Assembly (NCBI GenBank): GCA_002189035.1
Contig: NEEC01000014.1
Coordinates: 682,001-746,000, forward strand
Length of the DNA: 64,000 nt
From: Utricularia gibba
Taxonomy: Eukaryota > Plantae > Magnoliophyta
Direction of reading: 5' to 3'
This document shows positions 26,982 through 39,384 of this stretch, piece by piece. Numbering within the stretch: the stretch's first letter is position 1; each line of letters starts with the position of its first letter. Below the pieces are notes generated by a model. It was not told the origin of the DNA and did not search any database. It saw only the letters and a program-made list of their open reading frames with translations. Position numbers and translations under genes: made by a program.

Positions 26982-27022
26982 TTTCCCGCGTATTAAAAAG
27001 CAATTATAAAATTGTTTCCCGC
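26982..27022 (+). promoter_or_regulatory. Two canonical E2F sites (TTTCCCGC) upstream of MEI1/TOPBP1
   Basis: TTTCCCGC at 26982-26989 and 27015-27022, about 70-110 nt upstream of the ATG. Confidence 0.75.
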
Positions 27023-27089
27023 GTTTTTGCGATTGCGGATATGAGCCCTAGGTACCGATCTCGATCCTGAGGAACGGAGCGTTTTGACG

Positions 27090-30000
27090 ATGGTGGGGAG
27101 ATTGTTTGATGGAGCGAATGTATGCATGTCGAGGAATTTAGTTCCGCCGGAGCCCTTTGACACACTTCACGACGCTCTCAAACTCAATGGGGCGAATGTG
27201 CTTCTCTGCTGTGATCCTTCCAGGAACGGACCCAATGATTACCACGTGATCTCCTCGCAGGACCATGTAAAATATAAACTCAATGGGGCATTGCATTTTT
27301 TTTCCTTCCACTGTTTTTACATTACTAGTTTAATTTCGCGGTTGGATTTTGCAGGAGAAATTTGACGATCTTCGTGCCAAAGGCTGCAAGTTAGTTGGTA
27401 AGGGTTTCGACAGCCGTCCTGTTATATCGTCGAATGTTTTAAAAATAAGTATTAAATTCATGTGTATATGTCATTCACATGATTCTTGGCTTTGGAACTT
27501 GGACAATAGCGTTGCCATGTCTTTAAAATAGTTTATGAAGATGATGTACCATCTATTTTATCTGATCTTCCTTGTAGCTAGGTCCTCAATGTGTGCTGTC
27601 TTGTGCAAAAGAGCAACAGCCACTACCCAATCGGGATTTCACTTGTTGTCTTGCGATGGATGGCGTCTGCATACTTGCATCCGGTTTTGAGAAGGATGAA
27701 AAGGTACGGTGTTGCAGCTTCCAAATGCTTCGTTTAATCTGTTTGTAAATATTGTTTTTATGTATTTTTTCCTATCGTAATTTTTTAGGGTCTTCTAAAG
27801 ATTGTAAACGTTTTTTGAAATGAGCTGTAGGCTAAAGTTGCTTCGATGGTTTCTGCGATGGGAGGATTACTTCTTACCAAGGCATCATCTGACGCCAATT
27901 TTGTCATTGTGAAGAATGTTCAGGCTCAGAAATATAAGGTTCTAATATGAATGTCATTCTAGAGGCTATAGACTCAAAAAAATTTGGCATCTATGCTATC
28001 TATGTCCTCATGTACTAGGTATTGGTTTCAATTTCGAGGATGGGATTAATGGCCAAGTGTGTAGTCCTGAATATTGAGATAGAGTACACATCCTTTAAGT
28101 TAGATCCACACTTAAGTAATTGGACTATGTAGCTTGTGAGTTGGGGATCAGTTTCTTGAAGAAAGTTTGTGCTTCAGACTAGAATTTTAAAGTTGGAAGT
28201 TTTCGCACTCCCATTAATGGAAAATAAATAGGTCAATCCATTGATCTTCCATGTAGAAACCTTTTTGTAATCTTAAGTTGGAAGCTTAAAATGTAAAAAA
28301 TTATCTGATAAAAGTCTTATTTGTTTCCCTTACTATTGACCAAATGCCTCATTCATTTTCTGATTTCCTCCATGCTAAACATTTTAGTGGGCATTAAACA
28401 ACCTCAAAAAGCCTATTGTCACCATAAATTGGCTTATTCAATGTTGGAAGGAGCACAGGATTGTGCCTCAAGACTCTTATAGAGTTCCTCCTTTTTTGGG
28501 CTTGGTGATATGTGTTAGCGGGATTCCTGCAGGTAAGATCTCAATCTTCCTTTTCGCTGGTTATGTGGAAACTGAAGTACCTATCTGTAAACCAATTGAT
28601 GTAGATGAACGCAAACACATAGAAAATCTTGTGGTGCAAAATGGAGGTAAATATTCTGGTGATCTGAACAAGCGCTGCACACATTTAATATGTGATATAT
28701 CCTTTATTTTTCTGTGAATTCACATTTATTCAGATGTTTGCTCAAGGGTTCCTGATGGCTTTCATTGTTTGGAAGACATGTGGGTTTTCATCTTCAGGGA
28801 TGCACATTCTTTTTTTCAGAAACCTCCGTTCATTGAATTAATTGTTATCTTGTAAATGTATTTTTCCATATCAAATGTTTTTGATATTTGATTTTTTTTT
28901 TTCTGAATTTTGAAGTCGTTAGGCATTGTTTCCTCACCTGCATGCGCATAAATATTCAATTATAGATGTGTTTCGATGTGATTATGCTTGCATATTGGAT
29001 TCCTTAATTTCTCACAAGCTCCTGATGGTGACAAATATAAGGTTGCGAAAAGATGGGGTAACATTCATATTGTTGCAACAAAATGGATTCATCAGTGTGC
29101 TACCAGAAGAGGTCGGTGGACATGTATCTTCGGTCATTTTCAACTGAAATCTTGTCATTTTATTTCACTCTTTGCAACTATCTGTAATGATCCTTCATTT
29201 GTAAGTTTTCTTTTTTTTTTTTTTGCAGCATGCTTAAATGAGGAGTCCTACCCTGTCCATTGTGGATCAGCGTCTTTTCCTAGTACTGCAAAGACCGTTG
29301 AGAGACATAGTCAAAAGGGTCCTAGAAGTTCACAATGCACCTCATCATCCATGAGCATTGCCCCAGATATAAATGGAAGTTCATTTGCTGTTGATTCAGA
29401 ATCTGATTTTGCAAGATCTCCACTGAGAGTTTATTCAGAGATTTCTGGTCCTCCACCATTATATAACGTTGAATGCTTGGATGATAAACTTAAAGATGAT
29501 TCTAGTTCTGTTCCTTTTATTGCTGAAGATTCTCAAAGTGAGGATGATGACTTATACTTGTCAAACTGCAGAATTATGCTTGTTGGTTTTGTAGCTTCTG
29601 AATTACGGAAGCTAGTTAGCATGGTCCGGCAAGGTGGAGGTTCTCGTTACATGTACTTAAATGATAAGCTTACACATATTATTGCAGGGAAACCTTTGGA
29701 AAAGTATGATATGCATACTAAGTTATTTCCTTGTTTATATATTCTTATGTTGGTTCCCCAATTAGAAAATTTATACTAGAAACAATTTCTGCAGTGAGAT
29801 CAAGGAATTAAGAAGTATTGCAGCATTTGGAGTCACTTATGTGGTTAAGACGACATGGCTTGAAGAATGCACAATCAAAAAGAAAGAAGTTCCTGTTCAG
29901 CAGTGTCACATTGCTTATGATTTACTTATTCCAAAAGGTACTGGGCTCTTTAATCATTTAACACCACAGATATCTCCTTTGGTGTTTTTTTCCAAATTTT

Positions 30001-32970
30001 ATGCATAGTTTACTGCGAGACACACATTTTCCCGTTCAACAGTTGCATTATCATCGAGATACTCCCTAGCAATGGCATGTGTTATTTTGAATCCTGGACT
30101 TATCCTTACATGTTTGTTTCTACTCGTGCACTTTGTTCCTTTTCTAACTCGAGTGGATATAGACCATAGTCTGACAGATTTCATTAAAATAAATAGATCT
30201 ATTGTTCTAATAGTATTTTGGGAGAATATGGGCATTAATCATTCAAGTAGTTGTTTTCCCCCAAATTATCTACACTTAGGATATACAGTGTTGAAGGGAA
30301 ATTCTGTGTTTTAATTCTTCCATCTGTATTAATGCATTTTCGATGCTGTAGCCTTTGATAAATTGACTGCAACAAGCATGAAACAGCAGCAGTCATGTGT
30401 AACCCCATCTTTGTGCGGCAGCATCTCTGAACCACAAAACTCCAATGATGGAGAGTTAAGAGGTAAAATTAATCTACTGATCATTGTGCTAGCAACTCTG
30501 GTAAGTATTGGTAAAGTCGCTTGATGTTCTTACGCTTGAAAGATGATTCTGCAGTAAAGGTTGATGCTGGACTTGGCGCTGTTCCCTGTAAGAATAAAAG
30601 TTCTTTGATGGTTTTCAAAGGGAATCACTTTGGTTTCTCAAGCTCATTTCCTGAAGAACAAGTAAGAAGTTCTGTTCTGTTATGTATTTTGATTTCTAAC
30701 CTTGAACCTGAAGATTGCGGTCCAGTTGGACTGGGTGACATTGATTTTTTCCCAAGCTTTTAGTTTCCACGTGCTGTTAGAAAAAATGTTTTTGATCTTG
30801 TAAGATGGAATGTCAAATCTAGATGTCAGAAACTGCTGTACCAAGTCGTTTATTTTACAATCCTGGTTCCCATGATGCTCTTTTGTTCAAGAATGTTATT
30901 GAAGCAAGTTTGATCGCTTCATTTTCTTTTCCATGCTTATCAAATTTTCCTCTTCAGAAACCTGAAATCACAGCGTGGGTAAATGAAGGAGGTGGTGAGG
31001 TTGTTTCAGATCTAAGTAAAGGGGTGAATTTCATTGTTGAGCGTCACGGTATGGGTGCCAATCTCTCCCTGAATTCTAAAAGCACATGTGTCACCACACA
31101 CTGGATTCGCTCCTGCCTGGAGGTATATATCAGTATTACTTCTGGGTTAAACCTTTCCAGTTTCTTCTTATAGCTTTTCCCTATTACTGAATTTTGTAGG
31201 CTATTCCCTGCTTCTCAGTCCGTGGTTTATATTTTTGCTTTATGCATCTTTATGCGACATTCATTTTTATGATTATCATAATTCGTGCTACAGGGTATTT
31301 TGTTTATTCAAATTTGGTGTATTTTACTAATGGATCCTGTATATTCTACTGAAGGATGGGTCCTTGCTGGATGTTAACCGCCACATCCTTTATTCTCCAC
31401 TTTCATGTGAAGTCCCTTTACCTGGATTTGAAGGATATCGCATCTGTGTTTCTCAGTATGATACAAGAGAAAGAAACTTGCTCAGGAACCTGTGCTACGT
31501 CCTGGGGGCAAAGTTCTTTGAGAAACTGACCAAGAAGGCTACCCATCTGCTGTGCAAGTTTGCAAATGGGGAGAAGTATCAGGCTGCCTGTGCATGGGGC
31601 AAAAAAATAGTTACAGCAGAGTGGATCCATGAGTGTGTCGTGCAGGTTATTTCTTTTATTAGTTTTCCATTTTTGTATCTTTCGGTTTGTTGCACGTGTT
31701 TCCTTCCCGTCTACTAAACCCGGTGGCCATTAATTGTGGGACAGAACAAAATTGTTGATGTCAGAGGATTTCACCCAAAAGAGCTCACTTTAGAGGACCA
31801 AGAAGCAGGGTCATTTCCTGTTACCCAATATCCTCTACTTACTTCTAAGATGTCATCAGGTGATGAGACGTCTCAGCCTGTTAATCTAATACATGATTCA
31901 AGAGATGGGGACTCGTTTTCAAGTAAGAGCAGTAAGAGGGAAAAAACGGTAGGAGGTGATTGTTCTACTAGACATCAACCTGGTGACTCCATATATGAGA
32001 TCCCTCACAGGCGTGTTTCTGCTGGAATTGATGAGATGGAAACTATCCAGGAAGTTACTTGTGCAGTGCCTGATGTTGCTGCGGCCATAGAGGATTTGTT
32101 GGAACAAACAAGCAAGGTGAGAACCAGCGAATCTGCTCTTGTGAATAAATGTTTGGTCTTGTCATTTTTACAACGATTGTGCTTATTGTAGATTCAAGAC
32201 TGGAAGTCTCAGGAGACTAGTGGCTGCCACGAAAATGTACCTTTTAGAATTTCATGTGGGCATTCTTTTCCAACAGCTAGGCTCATGTTTATCCCTAATC
32301 ATTGCCAGTTTCTATCCTCTAAGTCGGCACTCCCCTCTGAAAAGCGCGCCAATCTGACATCTGATCCCGCAACATCCATGTTTTGGATAACGGGGTGAGT
32401 TCTTCAATATCCATAGCCCTTTTTGCACTTGCTGTTTTCAGTCTCAAGGTAGTTTGAGTTGGATATCTCGTGTTAGTTAACTAGTGGTGATGACATGCCG
32501 TTTCTTCTGACAACCACGCCTAACAAGAATGACATTTTACTGCTGTTACAAGATGCACCAGTAAATTCATATATTAAGTATTCATGTTTCAGGCTGGATA
32601 AGAAGGAGAATCTGACTACCACGGCTAAGGCTAAATGCATCTATGATGGTTTCAGCGAAACGCAAACTGATTCTCAGGTTCATATTACGGGCTGTTTGAA
32701 CTGCTTTATTTCAAGGGTTTATCTTACTTTTCAGAATGACAGAAACTATGAACGGGACTTGGCATTGCTTGACATGAATTAGCCAAATTCTCTTGCTTTT
32801 TAACATTTTCTCAAAAACCGGTCTTCGGACCAGTGGCCATGGATACAATACAATTAGATGCCTGTGTTTGTGTTGATCAGGTAGTTGGATACGAGGAGGA
32901 TCTTTCTGGAAGACAGATGATCATTGATAGAGCCCGCGCAAGAAGTGGCAGTAGCATGGCTGAAGACTGA
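27090..32970 (+). CDS. MEI1: Multi-BRCT DNA replication and repair scaffold TOPBP1/MEI1, 18 exons
   Basis: Exons 27090-27266, 27355-27397, 27582-27703, 27831-27938, 28388-28532, 28605-28696, 29018-29111, 29229-29703, 29795-29937, 30352-30462, 30543-30661, 30958-31122, 31355-31645, 31745-32116, 32192-32236, 32309-32394, 32593-32677, 32881-32970. Repeated BRCT signatures (GGKYSGDLNKRCTHLI, GGGSRY...THII, GAKFFEKLTKKATHLL...EW) and C-terminal ETQTDSQVVGYEEDLSGRQMII. Confidence 0.93.
28697..29017 (+). other. U12-type (minor spliceosome) intron, probable AT-AA termini
   Basis: 5' site ATATCCTTT at 28697 and branch sequence TTCCTTAAT at 29000-29008. The frame C-D|A-P-D-G-D-K-Y is restored only if the intron ends at CAA 29017. 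Confidence 0.8.
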
Positions 32971-33216
32971 AGTTTGGCGCCAATCGTCGCTGTAAAAGAA
33001 GCAACTGACATGTTTTTTGTTGTTGTTGATGTGTATAGCTTTTCACAAACTTCCCTTGTCTATGGACCGGAAAGTGCAACTGGTCACCATGAACTCATCC
33101 GGTTAACGCTTTTTGTGATCCTTCCTCGCAAGTGGTATATGAAATGAATCTGACTGTTTTGTCAATGGGTGAAAGAAGCATCATTCAAAGAAACAGGAGT
33201 TTGGTTAGCTGCTGGT

Positions 33217-33789
33217 TTACAAGTGCAGCATCCGTTGAATGATGAGATTGACCGCGGCGTTGGCCGAGGAGAAGGCGCCGTGGAAGCTTTCCTTGTAGGA
33301 GATGGACTCCAAATCCACCGCCATTTGCAACAGTATGTCCCCAATATCAACTCTCTTTTCTACTAAGCTCTTGTAGTATGATTCTGCTGCGACTTTGCTG
33401 ATCACCACGTTTGTCGCCTCAGGGCAGTATTCCTCGTCCAGCCATTTCTGAAGCTCCACTCTAAGCCATTCCGATTCCTGCTGCATGTCATCTTTATTGC
33501 TGCGATTGCGCGTATGTATGAATCAGAAATGTGATGACTCTACCTGTAATGCTGTCGAAGGCTGCGCCCAGTGGGTTGGGACTCGGAGCTCCTGGAGAGA
33601 AATTTCCTCATCTGCATTCCCCTCGCTCCGCGAACAGCAACGGAAAATAGAAGTGTTCTTATCCCCAAGGAACTGTCGTCTGCCGATTCGCACAAAATTC
33701 AAATCGGGGAAGCCAATTTTAGGTTTTCCGATTGGATTGATGATGACCAGATTCCCAAATCTGAAGAAACTGTGAATCAAGGATCCCAT
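33217..33789 (-). CDS. Small conserved-looking protein of unknown function with plastid transit peptide-like N-terminus
   Basis: Exons 33789-33544 and 33480 (or 33477)-33217. The helical C-terminal domain ESEWLRVELQKWLDEEYCPE...ESFHGAFSSANAAVNLI reads as a real globular protein. Confidence 0.8.
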
Positions 33790-33991
33790 TCCAGGAATCG
33801 AAGAGACGAATGCTCGGGCAGGAAGGGCTTTACGACGTCGTATCAAGCCCGTAAATTTTCGGTTGACGTCACCAATAGATACATATGTTATATATAGTCC
33901 TGAGTAACTAGGTAGAATCCATTGGCATGCCGCGGGTGGCTGCTGAACGGATAAGAAAGCAGCAGTAAAAGCGGAAACACTAGGAACCCAA

Positions 33992-36900
33992 ATGTCGATT
34001 GCCGCAGCTAGTGGCTGGTGCTTATCAGGTCTCTTCGCTACTCATTCGCGTTCACATCGCATTCTTCCAGGTGCTCACTTTCTGGGTGGTTTAGATTCAG
34101 ATTGCTGCTCGTTTCCTTGTAAGGTAAGTATTTCCTGTATAAGGGAATGGCTTCAAAGGTTGTTTGAGCTGAATCCGTTCACAGTATTGGTGCAGGGGAT
34201 TGAAAATCTTTTAGTTTGTTTGTAAGAGGAATGAGTAGTAGGCAATAATCCATATTTCCATGTATCTTGTAGAAAGAAGCTTTACTGAAGAAGAGTCTAC
34301 GGAGGATAAGGGCGGAAGGCTCATTTCAACATACAGATGGAAGAACGCCCAGGAACAAAAAAGTAGGAAGATCCCAGTCAGCAGCATTTAATTCATTTGG
34401 ATCACAGAGGAAGGAGGACAAGGAACTTCTTGTTGATTCAAGGGTAAAACAGGTAGGTGCATAAGCTTGCCACTGCTTCCTTTTTTCAATTGACGAGTGA
34501 AACATCATGTCGGTGCATCAGTTATATCTGCCCGATGTAATGTATAGCTTAGAGCATGATAAATTCTTTAGTTATGACCTTGTGGACTTGACATTTGAGT
34601 TGAGCCTGGTGCGTGATCCTTTGCAGGTCGAGGAAGGAAATCTTCAAGATGCTGCTTTCCTTAATGCTGTTGTCAAGGTGCGATTTTATTCACTCTTATG
34701 TTGATTCTCTTTGCAGGCACCTTCCATAAGATTATCTTAAGACGTTTTTCGTATGTAAGCTGCTCATTCAATTTAAACACTCTTATTTTCTGTGAAAGCT
34801 GCCAAACATTTCACAAATCTCTGACCCAGATATGGTTCAGTCATTGCCATTTCTGCTTGCATTTTCTCCTTTACTGTGTGAGTTTGAAATGGCATAACAC
34901 GTTATTTTAGTGATCATATGTTAGTTCGTGATGCATTTCATTCCTAAGCAGACGATTATTTCATAAATTAATTTAGTCATGTGACTTGATTTTGCCGTCT
35001 TAGGTTTCCATGATTCATTATGTTGGCCCATCTACCAACCCTACCATCATTTTTCTTCCCCATTCTAGGTATACTGTACTCACACAGCACCTGATTACTC
35101 TCTACCATGGCAGAAACAAAGACAGTACACAAGCACTGGAAGGTATATCGTATCTCCGTGATTTCATGTTTTGTGTTCTTTCTGTTTAGCTAAATGTGAT
35201 TATCCTTTCACGTTCTGTGATGAATGTCATGAGTGTAGTGCTTTCATGATTGGGGAAAGAAGGCTACTGACAAATGCACACTGTGTTGAACATGATACTC
35301 AGGTAACTTTCTTCTTAATAGGCAGATATCTTTTTTCACACATGCATCGACGATATTGACATTATTCCTAGTCATGTTGTGAAATTCAAAAAGTCTTTGT
35401 CTTCTTATTAGAACGTTTAATATGTGCAGCGAACTTGATTCCTTGCTCTGTGATGATTGATAGTAGGAAATAACTATCATGTGTCATTTCTTTTCCTGTT
35501 TGCAAATATTTTTAATATGCGGGATTGTGAGATTTTTATCATCTGCATACAGATGGTCATGAATAGTCTGTTGAAGGTTGATCATAATTTTCTTTTAGGT
35601 CAAAGTGAAAAGAAGAGGGGATGACACAAAATATCTTGCTAAGGTGTAGTCTCCATACGCATGGCTTAGCAAATATCATGCCCGCTGATTCTAAAATTGG
35701 CACTATGGCAGGTTTTAGCAAGAGGTGTAGAATGTGATATAGCACTCCTTTCCGTTGAAAGTGAGGAATTTTGGCAGGGAACTGAATCTCTTCAGTTCGG
35801 ACAGCTGCCTAATTTACAGGTTTTGGACAAAAATGCACTATGTTTTTATTAGTCAATCATTGACTTGTAATTCGAAATTCAGATTTTTTAAAAAATAAGA
35901 ATGATTGTTCGAATATTTTCTTCCTGGATGGGCTTTGCGCTTGCAAGTTACAATAGATAGTGTGTTTTTAGACACATTGCCCTCTCTTGTCTACCTGATA
36001 ATACGAAATTGACGTCTTGCTCCTTCACTTGCTTCAGGATTCAGTGACTGTTGTTGGATATCCTCTTGGGGGAGAAACCATATCAGTGTCCAAGGGTGTT
36101 GTATCTAGAATTGAAGTATGTCACTTATTGATGTTTGAATTCTCGGTTATTTTGTTTTATGTCAAGTTTATTCTGAATTATCATTTTCTTCCATGTTATC
36201 TTTTGTTATTGTATTTCTGGATTGTGCCATTCTCCCATACTTTCTGTATATGCATGAGATATCAAATAATGGTCTTCCCTGACCTTTTAACATTCAGGTG
36301 ACCTCATATGCTCATGGATCTTCTGAGTTACTTGGTATTCAGATTGATGCAGCGATAAATCCTGGTGAGCATTAATGGTTGTTCTCACACTTCATGTTCT
36401 TGGATTTGCATTGCCTATTTGTTCTACGAGTATTCCAAATTTCACTTGCTGTTCATTAACACCTATCGTTTGCCAGGAAACAGTGGCGGGCCTGCTTTCA
36501 ATGACCGAGGAGAATGCATTGGGGTGGCTTTTCAGGTGGACTCTTCTACTTGGAAATTCGGATATTTTTCTTTACTTACCAGGCTAGATGGTTTTAGTTG
36601 CTACAACATTTTCAGTTAGGATTTTCTCATATCACAGGGCTTTGAAAAGTCATCTGGCCTAAACTTGTATTTCTATCCTGGCTTGCAGCTTTTTCTTTTG
36701 TGGGATGTCTCCGCTAACTTTTGTAACTGACCTTATATTATTATCAATTTCTAAGTGGACTGTCAATCTTAGGTGTACAGATCTGATGATGTGGAAAATA
36801 TCGGCTATGTGATTCCAACTACTGTTGTATCTCATTTTCTTGAAGATTATCGGAGAAATGGGAGATACACTGGTGAGGCTTCTCATATGTAAACAAAATG

Positions 36901-39136
36901 TTGCACTCCTAATTTTTGGAACCCATGGCTGGACTCTGTGTTCATTCGAAAATTATGTTTTGGTGATTTGGGGCTTGGCTGTGTATTTCTAATTATGGGT
37001 CTGACTTCTCATATGCGTTCATACTGCTGAGTGCTCTCGTTCCTGTATCAACTTCCCACCTTTAGATTCGTGTGATTGTGATACATGAAAACTAGAATTG
37101 AACAGATGTGCACTTTTTTGGTCATATGACTCTTGGCAATTATTCTCTTTGGAGCATTCTTTTGCCTCTCCGTTAGAGTATCACGCTTGTAGTATTTCAG
37201 CATTTTTTTGACTACACATCAGGTTTCCCTTGTCTTGGAGTCCTCTTGCAGAAATTGGAGAATCCAGCTCTGCGTGCATTTTTGAATGTTCCATCAAATG
37301 AGGTATATAAGCCTTAACGCTTGCACTCGACTGTATGAATCTGTTGCCTTTTAATAAATCTTTCACACCACCTTGTACATGTATGGATCCAATGTTTATA
37401 TACCCATTTTTTGTGAGAAAAATGTTAACATGTCTTTATAATCAATAATGTGAGTTTTCTTCTTATAAAAGCATACCATCATAAGGACGTACTCATTTCA
37501 CATATCAGGTTTCAATGCATAAATTAACTGAAATTAGGAAAGTTTTTTTTTAATTGGTCCTAGTTATAGGTTCCTCAGCTTGAATATTAACTCATTTGGT
37601 GTGACCTTTTTGTATAATAGGGTGTGCTCGTGAGAAAAGTTGAGCCTACTTCTTATGCTAGTGGCGTGCTGAAAGAGGTGAACTTAAATTCATATTTTTG
37701 GAAAGTTACGGCAGTGAATAATGTGAAGATCAACCATTCTGTAAATGACTGGTTGTACAATAATTCGGCTAGGGGATGTCATTGTAAGCTTTGACAACAT
37801 TCGAGTTGGATGCGAAGGGACAGTACCCTTCCGATCAACGGAACGTATAGCATTTCGTTATCTTATCAGCCAAAAGTAAGCCACTATAGGAACTTAAACT
37901 GCAGAGATCATTATTTGACACTGATAAATATTAGTAGTAATTTCAAATCGCAGATTCACAGGGGATGTGGCTGAACTTGGCATCATTAGGAAAGGTCAAT
38001 CTATGCAAGTTCAAGTTGTTTTAAATCCTCAAGTTCATTTAGTAAGTGCATTGCTGTTGTGGGAACTTGTGCTGTTCACTTCCGGATGAAGATTGTGGAT
38101 ATATTTACTCATGCGTGCTCACTGCAGGTTCCATTCCATATCGAAGAAGGCCAGCCTTCCTACCTAATTGTCGCTGGTTTGGTGTTCACGCCTCTCTCAG
38201 AGCCCTTAATCGAGTACGTTTGATTGTCTTAAACGATAATCCGCCTGCTTGTGAAATACTAATTACAGCCATGCATGTGTTCTTTCAAAGGGAAGAGTGT
38301 GAAGACAGCATCGGGGTTAGCTATTCACCCTTAACTGCAACCATCAGTTATGCATTTTTTCAACCATATAATTGAAGTATCTTCATGCATTCAGTTAAAA
38401 TTGCTGGCCAAGGCAAGATACACTATGCCTAGATTCAAAGGAGAACAGATGGTAATCCTTTCACAGGTACGATGCACCCTTTTATGAGCATTTGAAGTAC
38501 ATAAAAACCGAGTGACCCCTATGGCTCCTCTTCATGAACGCATCGATAGCACATTCGTGAAGCGCATGCATATTCATAATCCATACAATGAACAGGTACT
38601 AGCAAGCGAAGAGAACATTGGATATGAAGAGATGAGCAATGAGCAGGCAAGTTATCATCTGTTTTCAAAACGATGCACCCTTTTTTGTTTTCTTTAATCT
38701 CAGCTTGTTGAAGATGTCTGCTGCATCTCGCCTTCAGGTTTTAAAACTAAACGGAACCTCGATCCGGAACATACATCACTTGGCCCATTTGGTTGACAGT
38801 AAGCAGTAGCTTCCCATATGCACCCCACCCAATTCCTTGCTTTTTTTGGCCAGCAAATTGCTAAAGGTGCCTTTTTGTGTGCATGTTTGGTTGGCAGATT
38901 GCAAGGACAAGTATTTGAGGTTCGAGTTTGAAGACAACTTCTGGGTAGTGCTGGAGAGAGACGCAGTCCTGGGTGCATCAAACAGCATACTCAAAGGGTA
39001 CGGAATCCCATCGGAGAGATCTCCTGATCTGCTGGAACCATACCTTGATGACTCCATTGGACAAGATGGAGCTGCTGCTTCGGCCGCATTGGACCAAAAC
39101 AGCAACCAGAGCGGCGATGGACTTCTCTGGGTGTAA
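33992..39136 (+). CDS. DEG2: Protease Do-like 2 (Deg/HtrA serine protease, chloroplastic), 21 exons; one apparent 1-nt deletion
   Basis: Exons 33992-34123, 34273-34452, 34627-34677, 35069-35142, 35239-35302, 35599-35643, 35712-35819, 36038-36115, 36298-36364, 36477-36535, 36773-36872, 37223-37302, 37621-37677, 37773-37875, 37954-38041, 38128-38213, 38291-38315, 38395-38466, 38596-38646, 38738-38798, 38898-39136. Catalytic triad in TNAHCV, CDIALL and INPGNSGGP. PDZ regions follow. The frame breaks at 37772-37775. Confidence 0.95.
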
Positions 39137-39384
39137 AACAAACGCTCCCCTCTTCCGGCAACAAGAGAACCAAATGAATCAAAACAAGCATCTCTTCAAG
39201 GCTAGCAAAGTATCATCAGTTCATGGACTGCTAAAGCGGCAGCCAGTCTTGTTCTCTTTAAACTGAAAAGTCACTAAAAGTACAGATTACGACAGCTCCT
39301 TCTCGACTCTTAGGATACTAATTGGTTCAACAATCAGGTGCCATCCCCCGCACCAACTGCTTCACTCGGGCCTGCTGCATGGAT

